The notes under the pieces were generated by a model, which saw nothing but the letters and a program-made list of their open reading frames with translations, was not told the origin of the DNA and made no database searches. DNA of 64,000 bases. It comes from Octopus vulgaris (Eukaryota). Positions 40,252 through 53,729 of this stretch are shown here, in pieces (position 1 is the stretch's first letter; each line of letters begins with the position of its first letter). The position numbers and the translations under genes are program-made. Location: positions 44,454,001-44,518,000 of the forward strand of contig OX597834.1 of NCBI GenBank assembly GCA_951406725.2, written 5' to 3'.

Positions 40252-40599
40252 ATACACACACACATATGTATATATATAAATATACAAAAATGTACGTCGT
40301 CTCTTATACCAGTTTTCTCTTGCAGTGACGGGGTTGCAATCTTAAGTTTCTGAAATGACCACTCCATCGATAATATGAATCTTGAAAGGGTTGGATTTAA
40401 ACATAGATATGTTTAAACAAATTCAAACGCAACCAACTTAGTTAATGGTGCTTTAGACATTCGAGGTAATCATATCACCATGGAACACCGAATAAAGAAA
40501 CGCTATATATTCATAGAAATTCTGACATTCCAGTTATATAATTAGGAATTTATTTTCCTGCATCAAGATACCTGGTAACCTATCCTCAGAGACTCTTTT

Positions 40600-40800
40600 A
40601 ATAAGGTTGCAGCTCATTAGGACGAAGATATCTTTGGATGACGAATAATGCTCGTTATTATTGGCAGGTTCAACTTACATATAAGAGTTGGCTGCACACA
40701 AGTGGTGTTATTGACTAATGGACACTGATGGATACGACTCAGACTGACACTTTCAAAGATCAGTGCTTGACAAATGATGGGCGGTGAGCTGAACTTTTCT
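40600..40800 (+). pseudogene. Possible decayed LINE APE-endonuclease fragment
   Basis: Frame from 40648 reads MLVIIGRFNLHIRVG...TNGH*, loosely like the hhhGDFN.hhG...N.NG motif. Stops flank it. Confidence 0.25.
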
Positions 40801-41075
40801 GTAATAGGATTATAGATATTCAATGGTGGTTACTATCTGCTAAAGAATTCTCCAAAAGAGTCAAAGTGTTTAATATATAAAACAGCTGCCCCCCCACCCC
40901 CGCCCGTCGGTAGGAGTATTGCACGAGTTGTTTACAATATTCGTAGCACTCACCATTGGGTAAAAAGACGTAAAGATGAGCTTTTACACAGTACAGCATC
41001 GAATCGAAGCACTCTTTATATATACCAAGGAGAAACCCACTTTTAAATACCCATGAATATAATGTTACTCAACTT

Positions 41076-41111
<36 letters not shown>

Positions 41112-41345
41112 TCATTTTATCAATAAAGCTGCAACGACATCACAATAACTGTTACTGTTACACAGAGTTTATCGTTCCCCTTCGTCGGACACTCTTGGTT
41201 GAACGGAAACGTGTAACTCTGAGTAACAGTTTACAAAAGGAAAATGTAATGTCTTTGCAGCTTTATTAATAAAACACATTACTCTGCCTCCGGTATCCGA
41301 GTACTGTTTTTTTCTACCTTCTTTCACATTCGTGTGCTTTCTCTG

Positions 41346-41347
<2 letters not shown>
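41112..41347. mobile_element. Inverted pair of family F PLE-like ends (decayed hammerheads), between (TA)n tracts
   Basis: Arms TTTTATCAATAAAGCTGCAA / TTGCAGCTTTATTAATAAAA. Interior has TTCGTCGGACA (minus core) and GAACGGAAACGTGTAACTCTGAGTAACAG (plus, degenerate). Confidence 0.75.
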
Positions 41348-41412
<65 letters not shown>

Positions 41413-41584
41413 GTGGTTAAGCAACAAGCTGCTGAACCACATACCGAACAGTTATTCCTTTCAACTACAGATATTACTCCACAGATAACAATACTTGTAA
41501 CTCACATAGGCAAAAGAAGAACAATAACGATATCAAACAGTCTTCGGTTAATTGTGGACGCGTTTCTGGGTTAGAATTATACAA

Positions 41585-41689
41585 ATGCATTCCTGCCATC
41601 TTTTTGCTATTTTTTTGGCTATAACTCTCTAAAAATGCTTTATAGTTATTTCCCTTACAAACCTGAGCAACGCCGGGCGATACTGCTAG
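41585..41689 (+). mobile_element. Helitron 3' end fragment
   Basis: Subterminal hairpin CCTG-AGCAACGC-CGGG, then CGATACTG CTAG|T (CTAG at 41686-41689). The 5' boundary is uncertain. Confidence 0.7.
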
Positions 41690-41735
41690 TATGTATATAT
41701 ATGTATGCATGTGTGTGTGTATATGTATATTTATA

Positions 41736-41950
41736 TGGCCATGTAGTAGGTATCTTGGCTCCCAACCATGCTTCTGCGTTCAGTCCCACTGCGTGATACC
41801 TTCGGCAGTGATACCTTCAATAACCTCGGGCCGACTAATGCCTTGTGAGTGGATTTGGTGAACGGAAATTGAAAGAAGCCTGACATATATATATGTATGC
41901 ATTTGCTTGTGTGTGTGTTTGTGTGTCTGTCTATATGACTGTATTTGTCA
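41736..41950 (+). mobile_element. Decayed SINE family B
   Basis: GTTCAGTCCCACTGCGTG...CCTCGGGCCGAC..TGCCTTGTGAGTGGATTTGGT. Confidence 0.8.
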
Positions 41951-43607
41951 AGGTGTGAAATTCATGGCACAGACTGGACCTATCTCTTACGTTTGACTTT
42001 TTGCATTCATCAGGAATTCTAGCCAAATCTACTGATTTTCCTAATTTTAGAATTTTATTCTTGCAGTACTGCGTTGAACTTGTATTAAGGAAGTGATTCC
42101 GTCTAGTTTTTGGTGTTGGTGATGTGCTTCAGATGAACTCTACCGATGAGACCTAAGGTACGTAGTTCCTTGTTGTCAAAAGGATGCGGTCTGAAATTGA
42201 TTCGGCTCTTATGTCTAGCAGATAGAGCGACCACATAGTGTCCCGGTCGTTCAACTCGTGTCGGGTTTCGGTTCTGGACGGGCGTAGTGTGTCTAAGGAT
42301 CTAAAAGCTCTCTGTATGTCTACGAGTAGACTCATTCATTCATTCATTCATACATTCATTCATTCCGTCATTCATTCATTCTGTCCCTCAGTCTACTGTT
42401 ATTTCTCTTCATATCCAACTAGATATCACGAATCATTCTCAGTGTGCAATTGCGCGCGCACACACACACACACACACACATACACACACACATACACACA
42501 CACACTCACACAGACACACGCACGCATGCACACACACTCGCAGACATATGCACACGCACATACTCGCGTGTACACACGCCCGCAAACACACACACAGTCA
42601 CACATACAAAGTGTCCTAGTCTTGACTAACAAAGAGTACGTTATGCAAATTGTCCTGTTTTCCTTTCTGTAATGGTCCATTTATAATCATGTCGTGATTT
42701 ACTTTTTATATATCTTATATATTTAAAATGACAACCGTTCCTCTTTTTACGGTGACAATGTGATATTTTCGGAAAACAGTATGTACTTTTAGAAAGCTGA
42801 ATGCGTGCGTAGGAGCTCCCCCGTTGGCCAATACGACATTTTATGCTGATGAAAATTATAAACATTATCATTTATAATGAAACAATCTCGTACAATTAAT
42901 ACACTATAAGGCACTGGGAAAATGTGTGACCGTCACATGTAAAAATATGAAAACACGAACATCCCAACAATTAAAATTCCGCCATTCAAACATTCAGGGA
43001 CTTTGAGTAATTGATTGCCTTTAAACAAAAGCACATCACGAGTTCAAGCCACCCACCATTATGGAAACAGCGTGGGATACACTCTAAATGTCAATTGGGG
43101 ATAAGTGTGAGCAGAAAAACATATTTGTAAACAGCAATATGTAAAAGCAAGCATAGAGTCGAATTAGATACTAAACGCTGTTCGGATTCGTTTTAACAAT
43201 CAATTGTTCAAATATATAATATAATAAAAGGCAAAAATATATACCTCTCTTAAGTTCTGTTTTAGTTAAACTGATCCTAGTAATGTATTGTTTAATTGAA
43301 TGATGTTAACAGAACACCTCTGTGATATTCTAACTCATAGATCCATTGACACCGACGTACAACCTTCTATAAAAAGCGCACAACAGACACGTACACATGC
43401 ATGTACATACATACGCATATACACACGCATGTACAGAAGTACACACAAACACATACACATAGGCGCTCACACAGACACGCACACACACATACACGCTCAC
43501 ACATATATATCGGAGTAAGCGCATAAAGGCGAAACAAGGTGGGAAAAAGAGTACTCAAATACCAGAGGTAAAGTGATATGCTGCTTTTTAATAAAGTATA
43601 CATATGC

Positions 43608-43737
<130 letters not shown>

Positions 43738-43842
43738 ACCGGAGTAAACACATAAATGTGAAACAAGGTGGAAAAAGAGTACTCAAATACCAGTGGTAGA
43801 ATAATATGCTTTATTCAAAAGCAGCAGAAAATTCAACAAAAA

Positions 43843-43880
43843 TTTTTACTCTGAGTTTCACGTTCCCGTTCGTCGGACAG
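43843..43880 (-). ncRNA. Minimal hammerhead, family F (U4C core), minus copy
   Basis: Minus: CUGU CCGACGA ACG-GGAA-CGU GAA ACUC-A-GAGU A AAA; the stem I 3' strand is mutated. Confidence 0.6.
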
Positions 43881-43897
43881 TTTTTTCTAGCAAAAAA

Positions 43898-43933
43898 TGT
43901 CCGACGAACGGGAACGTGAAACTCAGAGTAACA
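43898..43933 (+). ncRNA. Minimal hammerhead, family F (U4C core), plus copy
   Basis: UGU CCGACGA ACG-GGAA-CGU GAA ACUC-A-GAGU A ACA: all three stems pair, GNRA loop II, GUA cleavage triplet. Confidence 0.75.
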
Positions 43934-43964
43934 GGTTTTGTTGAATTTTCTACTGCTTTTGAAT

Positions 43965-44080
<116 letters not shown>

Positions 44081-44419
44081 CAAATATATATATACATACA
44101 TATATAAACAACGTCACTCGCGAAAATTCCTATGTCTATGTCTATTACTGCAACTATTGTCCATGATTTGGTTGTTATGTTAATGAGCAGGAAAACAAAA
44201 TTCACAGAAAACTCTTCATTCCTGTATTCAGTCAAATGTAGAACCACTACAGAACGCTATACTAATCATGATTGCCTGTGAAGGTCAGAATAATGAGTAA
44301 ACTATCTACCTTTTTGCTTGATCCCTCCCCATAATTACACTTAGTTTAAATAAAATATTTGGTTCAAGAAATGGGTTAACTCCATTCGACATTATATTAG
44401 TAAAATAATCCTTTTAATC

Positions 44420-44625
44420 TAAGCCTGAAATTTTTTTTTTTTTTGGGGGGGGGGGGTTAGTCAATTAAATCGACCCCAGTGTTCAACTGGTATTTATTTC
44501 ACCGATCCCGAAAGAATGAAAAGCAAAGTCGACCTCGGAGGAATTCGAACTCAAAACCTGAAGACGAAAGGAATGCCGCTACGCATTTCGTCCGGTGTAC
44601 TAACGATTCTGCCAGCACGCCGCCT
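44420..44625 (-). mobile_element. SINE family A
   Basis: Reverse-complement match including central domain and head (TAACGATTCTGCCAGCACGCCGCCT). Confidence 0.88.
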
Positions 44626-45687
44626 ACAGGGAATTTTTGTGGGACGATATATAAGTGAAATCTACAAAATAGTGGAATAAATCGCTAGACAAATATTAAA
44701 CATGTATGAAAATCATTTTGGTTAGTGTCTCCACTCAACGGAGTGTTAGCGTTGAGAATCGTTTGGATAGCTTCTTAAAGAAAATGTTATTTACTACTGT
44801 TAAAAGTACATGAACTAAATTCACATGAAGATATCGGGAAAGAAAATTTTGATGCTGCAAATGAAATTTTTAGAACAACAAATTCATGTTATGAAAAGAC
44901 AAAATCAAAACAGAAACCTAATAATGACCGAGTTTAATCTGATATCATATGTCTACCTCTCTCAAGTAGCTTATCAGAGAAAATCATATTCAGAGCACAT
45001 TTTTTAAAATAAAATTTATCTAACATCGATAAGAAATAAATAAAGGAGATTTACATAGATTTTGTATGAATGACTGATGTCTATTGAGTCTGTTTCAGTC
45101 CAAGTAATAAACAAACGATATATAATATTAAGTATGTGAATAATTTTTTTTTTAAATGTTTGAACTTAGCATTAAAATACAATCTTAAATGTGTAAATTT
45201 ATGTCGAAGAAGCAAGTAGAATTTGTTGAGAAGAATCATAGAGTGAGAGTCGTATGTAGTTACCACAAAACTGCTCTGCACAACGACTTCATAATAAACA
45301 ATTCCTAGTTTGTTTGCTACTGAGTGTATCTGCAAGTGTGTGAGTATTTCCGTTTGTTTACCAGAGACTGTCAACTGTTACCGGGTTAATTCGAGGCCAC
45401 GTAATATATAAGGAAAAAGAAAACCCAGAAAGACTCCAAGTGTATATGATCTAGAATTAGTATAAGGATTTTGAGTACTCGACTAACAAAAGACTCGAAG
45501 CACCCATCCCACCCCGAGGAGGCAAGTCCGCTTGGCCACTGCAAAATAATTGAAATATATATAAGAACAAAAATGAAAGAAATGCATATCTATGTATATT
45601 TATTCATTTATATATATTCACATACATATATACACACATGCACACACATGAACTTTCTGTGTCCGTTTAGTATTTGCGAGTGAAGGT

Positions 45688-45792
45688 CATCGCTCCCATC
45701 TCTAGCCTTACGTTATACGCACGCTGCGGACGGGTAACCACCCAGAAACTCGATTCCGTATGTATCATGTAAGGCTAGAAATGGGAGCGATG
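45688..45792 (+). ncRNA. Hammerhead-like motif with 36-bp stem I (core CUGCGGA)
   Basis: Arms 45688-45723 and 45757-45792 are reverse complements (31/36 Watson-Crick, plus G-U pairs). The loop reads CUGCGGA C GGGU-AACC-ACCC A GAA ACUCGAUU C. Confidence 0.7.
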
Positions 45793-46367
45793 CTCTACCC
45801 TCGGACACAGAATGTGTGTCGCTAGTCAGTTGGAAGAGATGTCTTTCTGGAACTATAAACTTCGGTAGCAATGTCCTGTAAAGGACGCTACACTTGATAG
45901 GTAATAATATGTTACGATATAAATATATATACTGAAAGAAGAGAAATGGATTGAAGAATATATAGTCACAACACATCTCTTGATACACTTGGTGGCTATT
46001 ACTAACCCCAGGCCACGTGAGCCAGATAGGATGCTGTTGAAGCTGAGGATTTGATATTACGGAGACATCAGACCAGATCTACAAGATCACATAATGCAGG
46101 GAAATGGCTCCATAACCAAATTAGCTGCAAACATGGGAAACTACGCTGCTTAAAATCAGTTTTAGTGATGGCAAATAAATGTCCTACAGTACTCCTTCTT
46201 GTTGACTCCAGCTTATTCTGTTATGTATTCAGACACTCCAGGAGCCTAGATGCAAATCAGGAAGTACGTGTATTGGTCATACTGAATAGCAGCATCGGGT
46301 GACATTTAAAGGTGGACGTGTTTTGTATTGTACTCTATTATGTTCTAAATAGACTATTCTACATACG

Positions 46368-46459
<92 letters not shown>

Positions 46460-46586
46460 ATATATATTTCAACACATAAGAGATGGCCATAATAGGACAT
46501 CTGACTCACTAGAAAAAGCAGTTAAACTCCAAAACACTAACAGTTGTAATTCTGAAATGGAAAGAGAAGTAAAAACGTCTACCCTA

Positions 46587-46690
<104 letters not shown>

Positions 46691-46728
46691 TTCATATGTA
46701 CATATCGCTCTTGTTTCTTTCTGCGTTC

Positions 46729-46763
46729 CTTTCTGTGGAAGAGCGTAGGTTTGAAACGTTAAC
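46729..46763 (+). ncRNA. Minimal hammerhead-like motif, family E (within 46706-46850)
   Basis: CUUU CUGUGGA A GAGC-GUAG-GUUU GAA ACGU U AA; stem II kept by G-U pairs. Confidence 0.55.
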
Positions 46764-47076
46764 CACTTTTTTACTTTCCGAGCGTTGAACTAATACATCG
46801 GTTTGTTGTCTACACTACCTGTCTTCATGTTTGATTTTTTTTTGTGAATATAAATATATACGTATATATATATATATACGTATATATATATATACGTATA
46901 TATACATATATATATTCATGTATATATATTTAGATATAAATATATATATTCATATATACATTTGTATATATTTATATATATACATATATATATATCTACA
47001 TATATATATATACTTATACATATCTATACATATATGTATATATATGTGTATATATATGTATACATATGTATGTATG

Positions 47077-47122
<46 letters not shown>

Positions 47123-47777
47123 TATACATATATATACACATATATATATTCAGGTGTGTGTGTGTCTATTTGATCAAGTCTTACCGAAGTTACACTTTAG
47201 ATATGTGGCATAGAGATAAAATCAATGAATAATTAAAATTAATACAATTTGATGATATTGTTTGTAGTATCTGACTATCGTATTCTGTTGGAATACATTA
47301 TCTACAATTAAGGTGTTTGACAATTGTATTAATGCATGTTTGCCTCAGTGTGTAATATTTGTTCAGGTTTTGTACAGTCTTTGATGTTAAAGCTATATTG
47401 CATTGCATAGAGCAGCCGTCGGCGCTGTACATTCCCTAGAGTGTATATATATATACGAATGTATGCGCTGAAACAAATATGTACATACGCATTTGTGTAT
47501 ACACGTGAATATGTGCATATATGGTTACAACATTTGAGCTGTAGTGTGTATGTATGCACATATATATATGTATATATATATATATGTATATACATATATG
47601 TAGGCATGTATGTATATATGTTTGTATATGTGCATATATATACATTTATATATATATGTATAGAATGGGAGAAAGCGCTAATGATCTAAATGATATGATA
47701 TATATATAAAATGTAATATACAAATAAATATCTGTAAATATAAACCATCCGATCTTCTGAGTACCTCATTTCTTCTA

Positions 47778-47817
<40 letters not shown>

Positions 47818-47945
47818 CGGGAAGCTTTAGGAAAATAGACAAAAGACGAAGGCAGGTTTACGGAAATAAACAAAAGACAAAGGCAGGTGGAATACAAACA
47901 AACAATTGTATTAGTATGGCGCTCAGGAAATATAAATAAAACAAG

Positions 47946-47983
47946 TCTTTAACGTTTCGAGCCTACGCTCTCCAACAGAAAGA
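47946..47983 (-). ncRNA. Minimal hammerhead-like motif, family E (within 47817-48043)
   Basis: Minus: UCUUU CUGUUGG A GAGC-GUAG-GCUC GAA ACGU U AAAGA: 5-bp stem I, 4-bp stem II, palindromic ACGU. Confidence 0.6.
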
Positions 47984-48042
47984 TACACAGAGAAGAAACA
48001 CAGAAAGAAGGAGAGAAAAAATGCGTGCAGAGGCTAGCGAAT

Positions 48043-48090
<48 letters not shown>

Positions 48091-48197
48091 ATTGTTAGAA
48101 ATGCTAAGACAACAAAAGAATGAAAGAGACCTCAATATTATGTAAATAGAGGAATTTGTTTGTAAATATAATATGTGACAATTACTCGGTTGCCATG

Positions 48198-48256
48198 ATA
48201 AAACTCCGAGTTTCGGTTGTCGGGACAGTAACCCACGCCGGCATCTCTTCAGTTAT
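48198..48256 (-). ncRNA. Hammerhead with canonical CUGAAGA core (family G), with truncated inverted partner at 48281-48311
   Basis: Minus: AUAA CUGAAGA [GAUGCCGG...CCGACAACC, imperfect stem II] GAA ACUC-G-GAGU U UUAU. Confidence 0.7.
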
Positions 48257-48589
48257 CGAGCCATCAAGAAAAAAATGCTCTTTTTGATGGCCCGATAACT
48301 GAAGAGATGCCCACCGGTTCAATTGTTCTTCTAAACTAAACGCATCATCAGATAGTCTGTCGCATTTACTGTGCGAATTACGTATAGGAGCACAAACATG
48401 TGGAGTCTTCAAGATTATACATGCGGGTCCAGGAAAAGTTTATTTGGCTTGTAGAAGAAATAAATCTTAATCGTCATAAAACTGAGAACTGCCACAAAGA
48501 TGCACATAGATTTACACACACACAAACACACACAGGAGTGTGTGTGTGTGTGTCTGTGTGCATGATGTGTGTATGTATTTAGGTGTGTG

Positions 48590-48913
<324 letters not shown>

Positions 48914-49212
48914 ATAGATGTATATATACATACAGTTAGCTAGGTAATGTGAAAATATGGCCTAAAGATTTACGGTGGAATCCATTTCTGGAAGGGAAGA
49001 TGGATAAGCAAAATTGATTTTAAAATGCACATACATGTACAGGGAAATGTAGACGTTCATGAAATTCATACATATTTGGTCGTTTGTTTTTTATATGAGT
49101 GTGTGTGTGTGTGTTTTTGTGTTTGTGCAAGCGTTTGGATGTTTCTCAATTGTAAACACACAAGCTTACACATAGAAATACCCAAATATACTTCTATATA
49201 TATCTGCATATA

Positions 49213-49270
<58 letters not shown>

Positions 49271-50289
49271 AATACATATATATTTATATATATATATATG
49301 TATATGTATGTATGTATATATGTATGTATGTATATATATATACGTGTGTATATACATATATACACACACGCACAATCACACACAGATACAAGCACACACA
49401 AATTCAAACACAGACACGAACAGATACACACGCACCCCCACACACACACACACACAAACAAACACACACACGCGAACACACACAAATATATACACATAAA
49501 CAAACACATACACATAGACAAACACATACAGATACACACACACTCACACACACACACACGCACCCACACACACACACACACACACACGTACATTTGTCAA
49601 TTTATATTGATCGCATTTTACACATTTGCTTTACAGGGAAATATGAGATTTATTCATAGCTATGAAAATTCGCGGAAATTGTTTAAGAATATTTCTTCTA
49701 CATGGTAGGCAAAATATGCGTTTCAGTGAACAGGTAATATTATGTTATAAATCTCCAATGGATTACTAAAGTTTAAACAATTATAGACAAAAAATAAAAT
49801 AGAAATTTAAAGAAATATATTTAGAAAACTATTCGAAATATGAAGTTCTTACAAGTTTGATGAGTGTTGCGGTTCTCTCAAACGCACCAGCCGACACGCA
49901 TGTGCACACACGAGCAAGGACACTTACACCTACAATACAGACACACGCACACATGCACACACACACACATATATATACGCACATTTATGCACACTCTCAC
50001 ACGCACACACGGATGAAACGCGATAATTTAATGCAAGTTTACACAAAGAGACAAAATATATACATTCATATGCGTGTGCGTCTGCGCATGTGACTGAATG
50101 CGTGTGTATTTTCATGTTTAACAGTGTTTTCTTTTTTTTTTTTTTTGGTTTTTGTAAAATTTCTGATATGTATTTCGTGTTTACATATGCATGTATATAC
50201 AGGGAAGCAAATAAGAGAATTATATTGAATATACATATACATAAATATAAAAGATATATATACTTAAATACATACGTACATATACACAT

Positions 50290-50330
<41 letters not shown>

Positions 50331-50392
50331 CATGGGGATTTGCGAGGACATTTTTGTGTGAGTATACTTATAAGATATATACATACATGCAT

Positions 50393-50462
<70 letters not shown>

Positions 50463-50550
50463 CATGTATCTATCTGTCTGCCTATCTGTCTCGTATATAT
50501 AGAATTATACACATACGCTCCTATATACGTGTGTGTATATTTGTGTTCAT

Positions 50551-50595
<45 letters not shown>

Positions 50596-50691
50596 AGAGT
50601 GTTTATACAGTCACACTTGCACACATCAGTGACTCTACCTATATATTTTATATCTGTCTATATGTGATAGTTCATACAGTGATAATAATAA

Positions 50692-50790
50692 AGAAGAAGA
50701 AGAAGAAGAAGAAGAAGAAGAAGAAGAAGAAGAAGAAGAAGAAGAAGAAGAAGAAGAAGAAGAAGAAGAAAGAGAGAGAGAGAGAGAGAT
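50692..50790. repeat. (GAA)n followed by (GA)n
   Basis: Seen directly; explains the poly-K/poly-S ORFs. Confidence 0.95.
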
Positions 50791-51348
50791 GTGTGTCAGA
50801 AAGAATGAGAGAGAAAAAAGAGAGGGAATGAGAGGGGAAAAAGGGAGAAAATGAAGGTTAATAAATATGATAAAAATATTCTCGGGAAATATATAAATGC
50901 AGAAGCAAACAAAAGGAGATAAAATTAATGACAACGAAAATTTCCAAAGCAAACAACGAGTGTCAAATGATATTTGTGATGTGTTCCTAATGAAGTTAGT
51001 AACATATATACTTACACACACAATATATGTACATATATATATATATATATATACTTGTGTGTTTGTTGCTTAAAGCGGTGCCCAAATAACCCGGCGTAAC
51101 AAGATATAATGATATTAATGTAGCACAGGAGACGAGGAAATTACGATACGATAATACAATAAATAATGAACGTTTGAGGGGAAAGTGAAACGCGAGAGGA
51201 AATACAAAGATTACACATTCACGTCTGCATTCAAAGACATACACAGTTATATATATATAAATAAATTAGACAATTAAACGCACACAAACACAAGTATGTT
51301 TGTGCTTGTACATGTATCTGTGTGTGAGTGTGTGTATGTATATATAGA

Positions 51349-51407
<59 letters not shown>

Positions 51408-52205
51408 GGATTGAAGTATTTCATGCACATACACACGCAGATATGAATATATGTTCTTATACACCATATATGCATATAGCCTATATATATATATATATAT
51501 ATACACATACATGCATACACACATATACATATATATATGCATGTGTATGTGCCTGTGTGTGCATGTATGTGTTTGCGTCTTTATGGATCTCTCTGTCTCT
51601 ATCTACATCCAAATATATATATATCACATATACAGATTCACACAAAGACACATATTCGGATTAAGTCAATATTATAATGGTAAACAGAGTTTGAAGGTGC
51701 ACAATCAAAGGAATATAACATAATTATCCTAACGGGTGAAACGAAATTCTTTTTTCCGAAAATTTGATTTGTGCCTATATTTCATAGGTTTATGCCAAGT
51801 TCTCGTAATTTCTGGCAAAGTTTACATTTAAATGTATTAAAATTTCAGAAAATATTCTCTTGCGAGGTTAGATATAATTTCTTTGCAGCTCGGTAGAAAA
51901 TATGTCACCCTGAATGACAATTTGCACGAAGACTGGATCAATATATATTACCGCTGGATGCGTGTTTCTGCTTTATCAGTTTTTTTTTATATAAACCAAT
52001 AACTGTGAATAACTGCAAAATTTTAGACATCAATGTGAAGAAGGCAGCCACCTTTGATCAATGATGTGTTTCGTTTTATGTGAAGCAATACAAGTTATGC
52101 TTAGGTCTATAGGTCTCTTCTCGACTAACAAAGACATGCGAAGCTGTGGTCCCAATTAACGGTTTAAATTACTTATAAATAAATTTATCGAAGAACACCG
52201 TCTGC

Positions 52206-52359
52206 ATGTGGCAGTGGGATAAGAAACTTGCTTCCCAAGCACATGGTTCTGCGTTCAGTCCCATTGTTTGGCCCCCCTGGGCAAATTTATTCTACTGTAG
52301 CCTCGGTACGATCAAGGCCTTCTGAATGGATTTGGTAGACGGAAATTGAAAAAACTCAT

Positions 52360-52362
<3 letters not shown>
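52206..52362 (+). mobile_element. Decayed SINE family B 5' half
   Basis: CACATGGTTCTGCGTTCAGTCCC...GGATTTGGTAGACGGAAATTGAAA. Confidence 0.8.
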
Positions 52363-52418
<56 letters not shown>

Positions 52419-52515
52419 TTATTTTTATATAAAACAAAGTGAAGTTGTAAGGTACCACACGAGTGGAAATATATATGAAAGAAGGTTTGAAAATACAATT
52501 TTAAAGATGTTTATT

Positions 52516-52559
52516 CACTTGACCGGTTTCACTTTTTTAGAAAAAGATTATCAAAAGTA
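52516..52559 (-). ncRNA. Minimal hammerhead with U3-A8 core (family H, minus copy)
   Basis: Minus: UACUU UUGAUAA UCUUUUU-CUA-AAAAAGU GAAA CCGG UC AAGUG. Confidence 0.7.
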
Positions 52560-52743
52560 AAATGTAAAAGCTTTGTATAAGCTTTGTTGTGTTAAGTACT
52601 GGTAAATATAAAAGTATAAAAATACATATACACTTTCTATGATAACAATAAGAAAATGTTAAAAACGGTTTACAAGAAAGTATTTAAGAAAATATTCAGC
52701 AAAAAAGTATTAGGAGTTCAATATAAATCATGTTTGTTGGGTA

Positions 52744-52807
<64 letters not shown>

Positions 52808-52920
52808 GGAGATATATTTAAGAGTTTACAAAGAATTTGAGAGGAACCAACCTGTATTCCTGGTATTTTTTGGTACTGCCAGTACTTAACACAACACAGC
52901 TTATACAAAGCTTTACATTT

Positions 52921-52964
52921 TACTTTTGATACACTTTTTCTAAAAAAGTGAAACCGGTCAAGTG
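52921..52964 (+). ncRNA. Minimal hammerhead with U3-A8 core (family H, plus copy; A9C)
   Basis: UACUU UUGAUAC ACUUUUU-CUA-AAAAAGU GAAA CCGG UC AAGUG. Confidence 0.65.
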
Positions 52965-53021
52965 AATAAACATGTTTAAAATTGCATTTTCAAATCTTCT
53001 TTCATAAGCGAGCAAGACAAA

Positions 53022-53296
53022 TGAAAAGAAACAAAATATAGATTAATCACAAACCAATTTCACTATTACCACTTACGTAATTATTTACGTAATTGTCCGT
53101 ACCTCATCAGTATGATCGTCTTTGCAAATATAATTTGCAGGATTATACACGAAACGTCCGCATGAAATTGAACATGTATACAGTTCTACCAATTACACTT
53201 GGGGTTATTGTTCAAAAGTCCGAATGAGATTGGACAATTACGTAAGTGGTAATAGCAAAACTGGTTTGTGATTAATTCATATTTTGTTTCTTTTCA
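53022..53296. mobile_element. Second inverted-repeat element with a degenerate hammerhead (53045-53117, minus)
   Basis: Arms of about 70 bp TGAAAAGAAACAAAATAT..ATTAATCACAAACCA..TATTACCACTTACGTAATT and reverse complement. Minus strand reads GAUCAUA CUGAUGA ... GAAA UUGG UU UGUGAUU. Confidence 0.7.
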
Positions 53297-53623
53297 ACGG
53301 GGACCTGCTAAACGACTTACTCTTCCCATGTATATAAGGATATTTATAAATCGGCTTACTCCCAGGCCGGGCTTATACAGATATTCATAACTGTATGCAT
53401 TCATGTATACGCACACATAGAAACACACATGCTCACACACACATACACACGCACAAACACACACAAACACACGCACACACACACACGAACAGTCACACAA
53501 ATTCACACAAATACACAAAAAATATACACGAAGACACACATGCACACAAACATACAAACGCAATCACGAACACACACACAAACACGTACACACGAACACA
53601 CACACAAACATATATATATATAT

Positions 53624-53702
<79 letters not shown>

Positions 53703-53729
53703 TAGTAAGAGAGGCTTATATATTTTTTT

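Larger units (their letters stand above)
52474..53006. mobile_element. Inverted PLE-like terminal pair (family H) around a central (TA)n
   Basis: Arms 52474-52602 and 52879-53006 (about 128 bp) are near reverse complements; each contains a hammerhead-like motif followed by AATAAA. Confidence 0.8.

Noticed and set aside
42140-42170. CCGATGA GACC-TAA-GGT resembling a core plus stem II
   Set aside because: GAAA and stem III are missing.
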